Assembly: GCA_964637465.1 (NCBI GenBank)
Contig: CAZWTE010000002.1
Coordinates: forward strand, 1 to 33,148
DNA length: 33,148 nucleotides
Source of the DNA: an uncultured Gammaproteobacteria bacterium
GTDB taxonomy: Bacteria > Patescibacteriota > Microgenomatia > Daviesbacterales > UBA10151
Reading direction: 5' to 3'
Shown here: piece after piece, positions 16,807-24,553 of the stretch
How the letters are laid out: each line of letters starts with the position of its first letter
How positions within the stretch are numbered: position 1 is the stretch's first letter
Translations under genes and position numbers: made by a program
Notes under the pieces: generated by a model
What the model was told of the DNA's origin: nothing
The model's input: only the letters and a program-made list of their open reading frames with translations
Database searches by the model: none

Positions 16807-16838
16807 GAAGCCTCGCCGAAGGCGGGCAAAGTCGAAGG
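16807..16838. repeat. GC-rich hairpin element in the 38-nt spacer between the MBL-hydrolase gene and dnaB
   Basis: GAAGCCTCGCCGAAGGCGGGCAAAGTCGAAGG. The GCCTCGCC-N-GGCGGG core is shared with the hisH insert. The ends GAAGCCyCGC...GCGGGGCAArG are shared with the pepN insert. Confidence 0.7.
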
Positions 16839-16842
16839 ATCT

Positions 16843-18195
16843 ATGGCGCAGCTAACAACCAAGCTTCCTCCACAAAATATAGAAGCAGAGCAGTCCCTTT
16901 TGGGAGCACTTTTAATTGATAAAGACGCAATAATTAGAATCTCCGAAATTTTACACCCTGCCAGTTTTTACCGGACTGAGCAACATGGCGCTATTTTTGA
17001 AGCGGTCCAAAGCCTGTTTGAAAGACGTGAACCAATTGATTTGGTAACCGTTACGGAAGAGCTTAAAAGGCGGGGATTTTATGACAAAATCGGCGGTTCG
17101 GCTTATCTGGTTTCCCTGGTTAATATTGTCCCGACTTCTGCCCATATTGAACAATATGCCAAGATTATTAAGGATCACGCTTTGAGGCGAAACTTAATTA
17201 CACAGGCTACCAGTTTGATCCAGCGGGCTTATGATGAAGGTGAAAGGGTGGAGGAGCTTTTGGAGTCGGCAGAGGCAGGAATCTTTTCGTTGTCACAAGC
17301 GCATGTTAACCGCGATTTTTTACCTATCAAAGATGCTTTAACAGAATCTTTTGACCGGCTTGATGAGCTGCAAAAGTCTTCAGGTAAATTGAGGGGCGTT
17401 CCGACCGGTTTTCGGGATCTGGACAATAAGCTGGCTGGCATGCAAAATTCCAACTTACTAATTTTAGCATCCCGTCCCGGCCAGGGAAAAACCTCCATGG
17501 CTTTAAATATCGCCCAGTATGTGGCAGTTTCTGCAGGATTGCCGGTGGGGATTTTCTCTTTGGAGATGAGCCAGGAAGAACTGGTGGATAGGTTGTTGGT
17601 TGGCCAGGCTGATATTGATGCCTGGAAATTGAAGACAGGCAGATTAGATGAGAGAGATTTTGATAAATTATCTTTGGCTATGGGGGAATTGGCTGAAGCG
17701 CCGATATTTATTGATGATACCCCGGGAATTACCATTTCCGAAATGAGGACAAAAGCCCGCCGATTACAGGTAGAACACGGATTAAAATTTTTAATTGTGG
17801 ATTATTTACAGCTGGTCCATGGCAGGAATTTGGAAAACCGGGTACAGGAAGTTTCAGAAATTTCCCAGAACTTAAAGAATTTGGCCAGGGAACTGAAGAT
17901 TCCGGTCCTGGCTATTTCCCAACTGTCCCGGGCGGTGGAGCAACGGGGGACCAGGAAACCGCAGTTGGCTGATTTAAGGGAATCAGGGGCAATTGAGCAG
18001 GATGCTGATGTAGTGATGTTTATCTGGCGGGAAGACCCGGAACATCCCGAGCAGGTAATATTGGATATCCAGAAGCACCGCAACGGCCCAATAGGGGAAA
18101 TTCATTTGATGTTTAGGGCTGACCGGACTAAGTTTTACGGTATGGAAAAAACCAGAACCAGGCCTGCTAAAGAAGAATCCAAGGAAGCTGCTTAA
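16843..18195 (+). CDS. dnaB: replicative DNA helicase DnaB
   Basis: PPQNIEAEQSLLGALL; Walker A SRPGQGKTS; IVDYLQL; ESGAIEQDADVVMF. There is no intein. Confidence 0.95.
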   Translation: MAQLTTKLPPQNIEAEQSLLGALLIDKDAIIRISEILHPASFYRTEQHGAIFEAVQSLFERREPIDLVTVTEELKRRGFYDKIGGSAYLVSLVNIVPTSAHIEQYAKIIKDHALRRNLITQATSLIQRAYDEGERVEELLESAEAGIFSLSQAHVNRDFLPIKDALTESFDRLDELQKSSGKLRGVPTGFRDLDNKLAGMQNSNLLILASRPGQGKTSMALNIAQYVAVSAGLPVGIFSLEMSQEELVDRLLVGQADIDAWKLKTGRLDERDFDKLSLAMGELAEAPIFIDDTPGITISEMRTKARRLQVEHGLKFLIVDYLQLVHGRNLENRVQEVSEISQNLKNLARELKIPVLAISQLSRAVEQRGTRKPQLADLRESGAIEQDADVVMFIWREDPEHPEQVILDIQKHRNGPIGEIHLMFRADRTKFYGMEKTRTRPAKEESKEAA

Positions 18196-18229
18196 AAAAT
18201 CACCCTTACTTATTTCTTTCGTTATTTTG

Positions 18230-18312
18230 TGCCGGAGGAGGGATTTGAACCCTCACGGCCTTGCGACCAATAGTTTTTGAGACTATCCTGTATACCGTTC
18301 CAGCACCCCGGC
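18230..18312 (-). tRNA. tRNA-Leu (anticodon CAA), type II with long variable arm, CCA not encoded
   Basis: Minus strand: acceptor stem GCCGGGG/CTCCGGC (one G-U pair) and discriminator A. Anticodon stem ATAGT/ACTAT with loop CTCAAAA. Variable arm GGTCGCAAGGCC. T arm GAGGG-TTCAAAT-CCCTC. Confidence 0.9.
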
Positions 18313-18445
18313 GTAAGAGATATTATACCAGCTTTAAAGGCTTCCTCAAAGACTGCGATTAATTAAAGTTTAATATCCAGCACTGCTAAGGGGATTAAGG
18401 GGTAAAATTATAAAGGGGGAAATTATAAATGAGAACATGTAGTAG

Positions 18446-19156
18446 TTAATGTAATGTCTCTCCCCAAGTTGCCATACCTTTACTTTTTTCTAGAATTCTC
18501 ACAATGTCATGAAGTTCCACTAATGTTGCAGGTTGTATAGCCACTCTTTCTGGTTCTGTTGGTACCCTCATCATTTTAGTTATAGCTCTATAAATTTGAG
18601 ATTCAGTTCGTTCTGAAAAAGATTCATATTTAAGATTAAATAGTTTACTACCCACATATTCCATTTCTGCCTCATTAGCTGGTCTTTGTGTAATAAACCA
18701 ATGGCCTTTGGGCGTAGATTCACAATCTCTTAAAACTAACATTAGGCCTGCTGTTGGAATAACAACTCTTGCAAATTTATCAAATACATAAGAACCTGCC
18801 CTAAACCCTTCTACAACAGAAGCTGATGTAAGTGTAATAGATATGTTTCCATTAGGGATATTAAGCCATAAGCTGATACTCTTCTCTTCGTCAACAGCAG
18901 CAGCCGGGTATTGTAAAGTGACAATATTTTGAATGTTTTTAGGAGTATCTTGCCAAGGAAACTGTTGTAAGGATACATTAGGTCTAGGATTATCTGGAGG
19001 AGTAAAAGGTAAATCAGGATAACTTAAGATTTTATGCCAACGGGAGGGTCTGGTTGCAATTACCTCAGTTCTGTATCCTACTAAATAGGGTACAAAAGTA
19101 TCAATATCAACAATTCCTTTGGTTGGATCATCAGCTTCAGGTTGCAGCATTTGCAT
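18446..19156 (-). CDS. hypothetical protein (236 aa, soluble, no recognisable domain)
   Basis: Long intact ORF that diverges from the PaaX-like regulator gene. I recognise no motifs. Confidence 0.55.
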   Translation of the reverse strand: MQMLQPEADDPTKGIVDIDTFVPYLVGYRTEVIATRPSRWHKILSYPDLPFTPPDNPRPNVSLQQFPWQDTPKNIQNIVTLQYPAAAVDEEKSISLWLNIPNGNISITLTSASVVEGFRAGSYVFDKFARVVIPTAGLMLVLRDCESTPKGHWFITQRPANEAEMEYVGSKLFNLKYESFSERTESQIYRAITKMMRVPTEPERVAIQPATLVELHDIVRILEKSKGMATWGETLH

Positions 19157-19237
19157 ATTATAAGATATTTCTTAAAGAAGAGCAAGGGTTCGTAGAGAAT
19201 ATAGGGAATAGGGAAATTAAAATAAATTAAATCCTGT

Positions 19238-19262
19238 ACAAATATCCTCCGGCCGTGGTACA
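19238..19262. repeat. 25-nt direct repeat, copy 1 (ACAAATaTCCTCCGGCCGTGGTACA)
   Basis: 24/25 identical to 19780-19804. It contains the CGGCCG palindrome, is flanked by ACAAAT/ATTTGT inverted hexamers, and lies 12 nt upstream of the regulator ATG. Confidence 0.9.
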
Positions 19263-19273
19263 TTTGTGATGTA

Positions 19274-19765
19274 ATGCCCAGGCCTCCAAGTAAAAGGAAA
19301 GCTTTAACAGATTTAGTGCTTTTGGCTATAGAGAAATCTATTGATGGTTATACAGTTTTTGAAGATTTTATTTATAATCCATTATTGGAAAGACCAGTTA
19401 AAAAAAATGAACTTGCCCAAGTGATCAAAAGGTTAAGAGAAAAAGGCCTTGTTGAATTAATAGATGATAAAGAGCTAATTTTGCGATTAACTGATTCCGG
19501 TAAAGATAGAGCATTGTGGGCAAAAATGATGGGCGGAGATGAAAAATGGGATGGGAAGTGGAGATTGGTAGTATGGGATATTCCAGAGAAGAGAAGGCAA
19601 GCCAGAGATCTTTTAAGATTTAAGCTTAAGCAGTTAGGGTTTAAACAATGGCAACAAAGTATTTGGGCTTCAAAAATTAATTGCACAAAGTTATTAAGAG
19701 ATTTTATTAAGAAGGTTGGAATAGAGGATTGGGTAATGGTAATTGAGTCTGATAACATTGGATAA
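19274..19765 (+). CDS. PaaX-family-like transcriptional regulator (wHTH plus Cas2/VapD-like middle domain)
   Basis: WDGKWRLVVWDIPEKRRQARDLLRFKLKQLGFKQWQQSIWAS matches the PaaX signature W-G-W...DIP...R..LR..L...GF..L..S.W. The N-terminal region is wHTH-like. Confidence 0.65.
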   Translation: MPRPPSKRKALTDLVLLAIEKSIDGYTVFEDFIYNPLLERPVKKNELAQVIKRLREKGLVELIDDKELILRLTDSGKDRALWAKMMGGDEKWDGKWRLVVWDIPEKRRQARDLLRFKLKQLGFKQWQQSIWASKINCTKLLRDFIKKVGIEDWVMVIESDNIG

Positions 19766-19779
19766 TATTGGAGATTGAA

Positions 19780-19804
19780 ACAAATGTCCTCCGGCCGTGG
19801 TACA
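19780..19804. repeat. 25-nt direct repeat, copy 2 (ACAAATgTCCTCCGGCCGTGGTACA)
   Basis: 24/25 identical to 19238-19262. It lies 15 nt after the regulator stop and 81 nt upstream of pepN. Confidence 0.9.
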
Positions 19805-19884
19805 AATGAAAAAAGGAGTTAAGCTGAATAAGGCTAGACAAGAAGTTGTAATTTAGGTAAAGTACCAAAGAAAGATAGCAAATT

Positions 19885-22443
19885 ATGAAAAATAAAATTA
19901 GGTTACCCTCTCATGTTAAGCCTGAGCGTTATAAGATCATGCTCAAGCCGGATTTGAATGAGTTTACTTTTACCGGGGAAGAAACAATTTACCTGACCTT
20001 AGATAAGCCCGCCAAAGAAATTACCCTGCATGCTGCTGAGTTGGAAATAGATTCTGCAGAATTTATCCACGGCAACAAAGAGGTCTGGGCTGGAAAAATC
20101 AGTTATGATACTAAAGCGGAAACTGCCACTTTTACTTTTCCAAAAATAATCCAAAAAGGCAAAGGCCAATTAAAGTTAGTTTTCAGGGGTATTTTAAATG
20201 ATAAGATGCGGGGTTTTTACCGATCCCGGTATGAAGTAAATGGCAAATCAAAGTATTTGGCCACCACCCAATTTGAATCAACAGATGCCAGAAGGGCTTT
20301 TCCTTGTTTTGACGAGCCCTCACAAAAAGCCATCTTTGATGTAACCCTGATGGTGCCGGCCGGCACCACAGCCATCTCAAACACTGTGGAATCCCAGGTT
20401 TTGGAGCATGACGCAGGCTTCCAGATAGTGGAATTTGCCCCCACCCCGAAAATGTCCACTTATCTTTTAGCCTTTATTATAGGTGAATTTGAATATATAG
20501 AAGCCCCGCTTCGCCAAGGTTTCGCGGGGCAAGGGAAAAGGATGGTAAGAGTTTTTACTACGTCGGGGAAAAAAGAACAAGCCAGATTTGCTTTAGATGT
20601 TGCCATAAAATGTATGGATTTTTATGAAAAATATTTTGGAATTAAGTATCCATTGCCAATAATGGATATGATTGCTATCCCGGACTTCGCGGCCGGGGCC
20701 ATGGAAAATTGGGGAGCGGTCACTTACCGGGAATCAACACTGTTAATTGATGAAGCCAAATCCTCTTCCGCCAACAAACAATGGGTGGCTTTGGTGATTG
20801 CCCATGAATTGGCCCACCAGTGGTTTGGCAATCTGGTCACTATGGAATGGTGGACCCACCTTTGGCTAAATGAAGGTTTTGCCTCATTTATTGAATATCT
20901 GGCAATAGATCATATTTTCCCCCAGTGGGATATCTGGACTCAATTTGTGGCTACTGAAACGGGAGATGCATACCAGCTGGATTCCTTAAAAAACACCCAC
21001 CCGATTGAAGTGGAAGTCAAACACCCGGCTGAGATTTCCGAGATTTTTGACAAGGTTAGTTATGCCAAAGGGGCGGCGGTTTTACGGATGCTCTGGAAAT
21101 ATTTAGGGGAAAAGGATTTTCAAAAAGGGCTGCAATATTATTTGAAAAAGCATGCCTATTCCAATGCCACGACTGAAGATTTATGGATAGCTTTAGAACA
21201 AGTATCAGGCAAGCCGGTCAAAGCAGTGATGAAAAATTGGACATCTAAGGCGGGACACCCGGTAATAAGTGTAAAGTGTAAAGTTAAAAGTGAAAAGTTA
21301 GAATTAACGCAAAGCAGGTTTTTCTCCAGCCCAATTTCCAAAAAGCAGACTACAGACCGGACAATCTGGAATATTCCGGTCAGAATTGGCCAGGAGCAGT
21401 TCTTAATGGATAAGAAGAATATCAGCATTCCTGATACCGGAGAAAAGTTAAATACCGGTGAGTCCAGTTTTGCGCGGGTTGACTATCCGCATGAGTATCT
21501 GAAAAAACTGGAAGAAGAAATTAAAAATGGGAAACTATCAGCACCGGACCGGCTTGGTTTAATCAGAGACTCTTTTTCTCTGGCTGAGTCAGGACAAAGC
21601 CCGGCTACTTTAGTCCTGGAACTGGTTCAAAGTTACAAAGGCGAAGAGGACTATACGGTTTGGGCGGAGATTACTTCCCGTTTGGCGCAACTTAATTCTC
21701 TTCTGGCATACGGGCCTTATTACCAGGATTTTCAAAATTACGGTAGGGAAATTTATGCCGGTATTGTTAAAAAGCTAGGTTGGGAGAAGAAAAAGGGAGA
21801 AAAACATACAGATTCGCTGCTTCGTGGTTTAGCTCTAAATATGCTGGGTGGTTTTGGGGATCAAGAAACTATTAAGAGGGCGCAAGAATTATTCGGTAAA
21901 AAGGCAGACCCGGATTTGAAGGGAGTTGTTTATAATTTAGTGGCAGAAAATGGTGGAAGCAAAGAATTCAAGACATTAATAAGGATGTACAAAGAGGAAG
22001 ACAACCAGCAGGAAAAAGACCGGATTGGCCGCAGCTTAGGCAAGTTTAAGGACAAAACCTTACTTTCACAAACTTTGGATTTTTCCATTTCCCAACATGT
22101 CAGGTACCAAAACAGTTTGCAAATTATCGCTTCGGTTTGGGGCAACCCGGAAGGCAGATATTTGGCCTGGGAATTTGTGAAAGCTAACTGGGAATTACTT
22201 AAGGAAAGATACGCCGGCGGACATTATTTTATTAGAGTTTTTGCTCCGGCCGGGGAGTTTATCAAAATTACAGATGCCAAAGACATTGAAAAGTTTACCA
22301 GGAAAAATCCGGTTCCTGAAGCCCAAAGAACCATCGCCCAGGTTTTAGAACAAATCTATTCCAATGCCGAGTGGCTAAAACGGGATAAAGTAAAGATTCA
22401 AAAGTTCCTAAATAATGCAGCTAAAAGGTCCAAAAACCCCTAG
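19885..22443 (+). CDS. pepN: M1-family aminopeptidase N
   Basis: GAMENWG exopeptidase motif and HELAHQWFGN...WLNEGFA zincin motif. The C-terminal domain is ERAP1-like and helical. Confidence 0.92.
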   Translation: MKNKIRLPSHVKPERYKIMLKPDLNEFTFTGEETIYLTLDKPAKEITLHAAELEIDSAEFIHGNKEVWAGKISYDTKAETATFTFPKIIQKGKGQLKLVFRGILNDKMRGFYRSRYEVNGKSKYLATTQFESTDARRAFPCFDEPSQKAIFDVTLMVPAGTTAISNTVESQVLEHDAGFQIVEFAPTPKMSTYLLAFIIGEFEYIEAPLRQGFAGQGKRMVRVFTTSGKKEQARFALDVAIKCMDFYEKYFGIKYPLPIMDMIAIPDFAAGAMENWGAVTYRESTLLIDEAKSSSANKQWVALVIAHELAHQWFGNLVTMEWWTHLWLNEGFASFIEYLAIDHIFPQWDIWTQFVATETGDAYQLDSLKNTHPIEVEVKHPAEISEIFDKVSYAKGAAVLRMLWKYLGEKDFQKGLQYYLKKHAYSNATTEDLWIALEQVSGKPVKAVMKNWTSKAGHPVISVKCKVKSEKLELTQSRFFSSPISKKQTTDRTIWNIPVRIGQEQFLMDKKNISIPDTGEKLNTGESSFARVDYPHEYLKKLEEEIKNGKLSAPDRLGLIRDSFSLAESGQSPATLVLELVQSYKGEEDYTVWAEITSRLAQLNSLLAYGPYYQDFQNYGREIYAGIVKKLGWEKKKGEKHTDSLLRGLALNMLGGFGDQETIKRAQELFGKKADPDLKGVVYNLVAENGGSKEFKTLIRMYKEEDNQQEKDRIGRSLGKFKDKTLLSQTLDFSISQHVRYQNSLQIIASVWGNPEGRYLAWEFVKANWELLKERYAGGHYFIRVFAPAGEFIKITDAKDIEKFTRKNPVPEAQRTIAQVLEQIYSNAEWLKRDKVKIQKFLNNAAKRSKNP
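20503..20530. repeat. GC-rich hairpin (7-bp stem GCCCCGC/GCGGGGC, 14-nt loop) in-frame inside pepN
   Basis: GAAGCCCCGCTTCGCCAAGGTTTCGCGGGGCAAGG encodes EAPLRQGFAGQG between FEYI and KRMVRVFT. Confidence 0.7.
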
Positions 22444-22518
22444 GAGTCGTATCTGGACCACCCCCCCCAGGTGGACAGTTCTAAGAAATAAAGAGCTAAT
22501 TTGTGGTAAAATCTTCCA

Positions 22519-23082
22519 ATGGCTTTAAATGTCACGGATTTAAGAAACGGGACTTTCTTTAAAGAAGGCAAGGATATTTTGCTGGTTTTGAATTACGAGC
22601 ATGTTAAAACAGGCAGGGGTTCCGGCAATATTAAGGTTAAAGTCCGCAATATTAGGAGCGGGGCAGTGACGGAAAAATCCTTTATTACGGGAGCCAGAGT
22701 AAATGAGGCTGATGTCAATAAAGTCAAAGGCCAATTCCTTTATCGGGACGGGGAAACTTTTAACTTTATGGATCCGATTTCTTTTGAACAATTTACTATT
22801 CCTGCCAATGTCATAGGTGACCAAGCTAAATTCTTAAAAGATGGTTTGGATGTGATTTTAATTGTATCTGAAGGTGAAGCTTTAGGGTTGGAGCTGCCAA
22901 TGAGCTTAGTGTATACCATTACCGAAACAGGTCCGGAAGAAAAAGGCAATACTGTATCTAATGTTTTCAAGGAAGCAGTTTTAGATAATGGTTTGGTAGT
23001 GAAAGTCCCCATGTTTATGAAAGTAGGAGAGAAAGTAAAGGTGGATACCAGGTCGGGAGAATATATTGAAAGAGTAAAATAA
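22519..23082 (+). CDS. efp: elongation factor P
   Basis: LRNGTFF...HVKTGRGSGNIKVKVRNIRSG...ETGPEEKG, with the three-domain EF-P layout. The tip of the beta3-beta4 loop is Arg33. Confidence 0.92.
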   Translation: MALNVTDLRNGTFFKEGKDILLVLNYEHVKTGRGSGNIKVKVRNIRSGAVTEKSFITGARVNEADVNKVKGQFLYRDGETFNFMDPISFEQFTIPANVIGDQAKFLKDGLDVILIVSEGEALGLELPMSLVYTITETGPEEKGNTVSNVFKEAVLDNGLVVKVPMFMKVGEKVKVDTRSGEYIERVK

Positions 23083-23113
23083 TCTCAAAACGCAAATCGT
23101 AAAACTCAAAACT
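23082..23113. repeat. 32-nt dispersed repeat, copy B (30/32 identical to 5041-5072), left arm of an imperfect palindrome extending to about 23150
   Basis: ATCTCAAAACGCAAATCGTAAAACTCAAAACT. The right arm TTTGACATTTGAGTTTTGACATTTGAGAT is partly complementary to it. Confidence 0.9.
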
Positions 23114-23129
23114 TATGTAGATTTGACAT

Positions 23130-23158
23130 TTGAGTTTTGACATTTGAGATATTATAGT
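23130..23158 (+). promoter_or_regulatory. candidate promoter for galU (TTGAGT-17 nt-TATAGT), 8 nt from the ATG
   Basis: TTGAGT (23130-23135), 17-nt spacer, TATAGT (23153-23158). This is the same architecture as the rpmE candidate promoter, and both are built from the same repeat family. Confidence 0.35.
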
Positions 23159-23166
23159 TAGAAGAC

Positions 23167-24054
23167 ATGAGTAAAAAGATTACAAAAGCCCTCATTCCTG
23201 CTGCCGGCTTCGGGACCCGTTTCCTTCCCCAAACCAAGGCCATGCCCAAAGAAATGCTGCCGATTGTGGACAAGCCGGTAATCCAGTATGTGGTGGAAGA
23301 GATAGTAAATTCCGGCATAAACGATATTGTGATTGTGACCGGGGCAACAAAGCGGGCGATTGAAGACCATTTTGATGTACCGAATGAGGATTTAGTACAG
23401 AATTTGATTAATGGCAACAAGATTGAAGCTTTGGCAAAAATTAAGCATATCTCAGAAATGGCAAATTTTATCTATGTCCGCCAGAAAGGCCCTTATGGTA
23501 ATGGGACGCCGGTACTTTCAGGGGAATCGGTGATAGGAAATGAACCGTTTGCAGTTTTGTGGGGAGATGAATTCATTTACTCCGAACCGCCAAGGCTTGC
23601 CCAGATGCTCAGGGTTCATGAAAAATACGGCGGTATTGTGATTTCCGGAGTCAGAATTGAAAAAAAAGCAGACCTGCGGCGTTATGGGATAGCTGATTTA
23701 GAACCTGTGGAAGGGAATGTTTTTAAAATCAAGGCAATTGTGGAAAAACCAGACCCTGATAAGGCTCCTTCTGATATTGCCACGCATGGAGCCTATATCC
23801 TACCTCCTGAAATTTTTGGGGCACTGAAAAGTTTAGAGTCCGGACATGGCGGAGAGATTTGGCTGGTTGATGCCATTAACTTTTTGAAGGATCAGGGTAT
23901 TCCCGTATATGCTGTGGAAATAGAAAATGGCAAATATTACGATACGGGCAATAAACTTGAATATATGAAAACCGTAGTTGATCTGGCTCGTCAGCATCCG
24001 GAAATAGGAAAAGGGTTTAGTGAATATTTAAAAGAGTTAGTGAATAACCCTTAA
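23167..24054 (+). CDS. galU: UTP--glucose-1-phosphate uridylyltransferase
   Basis: KALIPAAGFGTRFLPQTKAMPKEMLPIVDKPVIQYVVEE is a canonical GalU N-terminus; VLWGDE is also present. Confidence 0.92.
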   Translation: MSKKITKALIPAAGFGTRFLPQTKAMPKEMLPIVDKPVIQYVVEEIVNSGINDIVIVTGATKRAIEDHFDVPNEDLVQNLINGNKIEALAKIKHISEMANFIYVRQKGPYGNGTPVLSGESVIGNEPFAVLWGDEFIYSEPPRLAQMLRVHEKYGGIVISGVRIEKKADLRRYGIADLEPVEGNVFKIKAIVEKPDPDKAPSDIATHGAYILPPEIFGALKSLESGHGGEIWLVDAINFLKDQGIPVYAVEIENGKYYDTGNKLEYMKTVVDLARQHPEIGKGFSEYLKELVNNP

Positions 24055-24480
24055 AGCCAGTACCAAACCGGTGACTGTGGCTACTTGTGTCAAAATCCCC
24101 AGAGACATCTTGGCTTTTCCGTTAGTTTGGCTGCCGAAGTGGTAAAAAAGCGAAAAGGGAAAGAATTTCCAGTTAAAGAGCAAATACGGCATCTGCATTA
24201 GGTCCCAGGATTCGGAGATAAATATAGCCAAAAAAAGGTAGAGAGGATCAGTGCTGTTACCAAAAAGAAGGAAGGCTAAAACTACCCCAAAGATAAGGTC
24301 GGCAAAACTTTGTAAAAAAAGGATCAGTTTACTCTTTTTCTTCCAGCCGTAGCCAAAATCCCAGTGCGGGATCATATCAGCAATCGGGTGGGAGATGGCT
24401 GCAAGGGGTATGCCAATGGCAGGGTTGGGAATGGAAGCAGCAATTGCCCCTCCTATTAAAGCGTGTGCGGTTGCAGTCAT
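24037..24480 (-). CDS. small integral membrane protein (about 4 TM), function unknown
   Basis: Hydrophobic ORF with a His/Asp cluster (AISHPIADMIPHWD). It converges on galU and overlaps its end by 18 nt. Confidence 0.5.
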   Translation of the reverse strand: MTATAHALIGGAIAASIPNPAIGIPLAAISHPIADMIPHWDFGYGWKKKSKLILFLQSFADLIFGVVLAFLLFGNSTDPLYLFLAIFISESWDLMQMPYLLFNWKFFPFSLFYHFGSQTNGKAKMSLGILTQVATVTGLVLALRVIH

Positions 24481-24553
24481 AAGTTAGTAACTATTCAGTA
24501 TACCCCTTTCTGTCAATTTGATTCAAATATTATCTTATGATACTCTTACCTTT

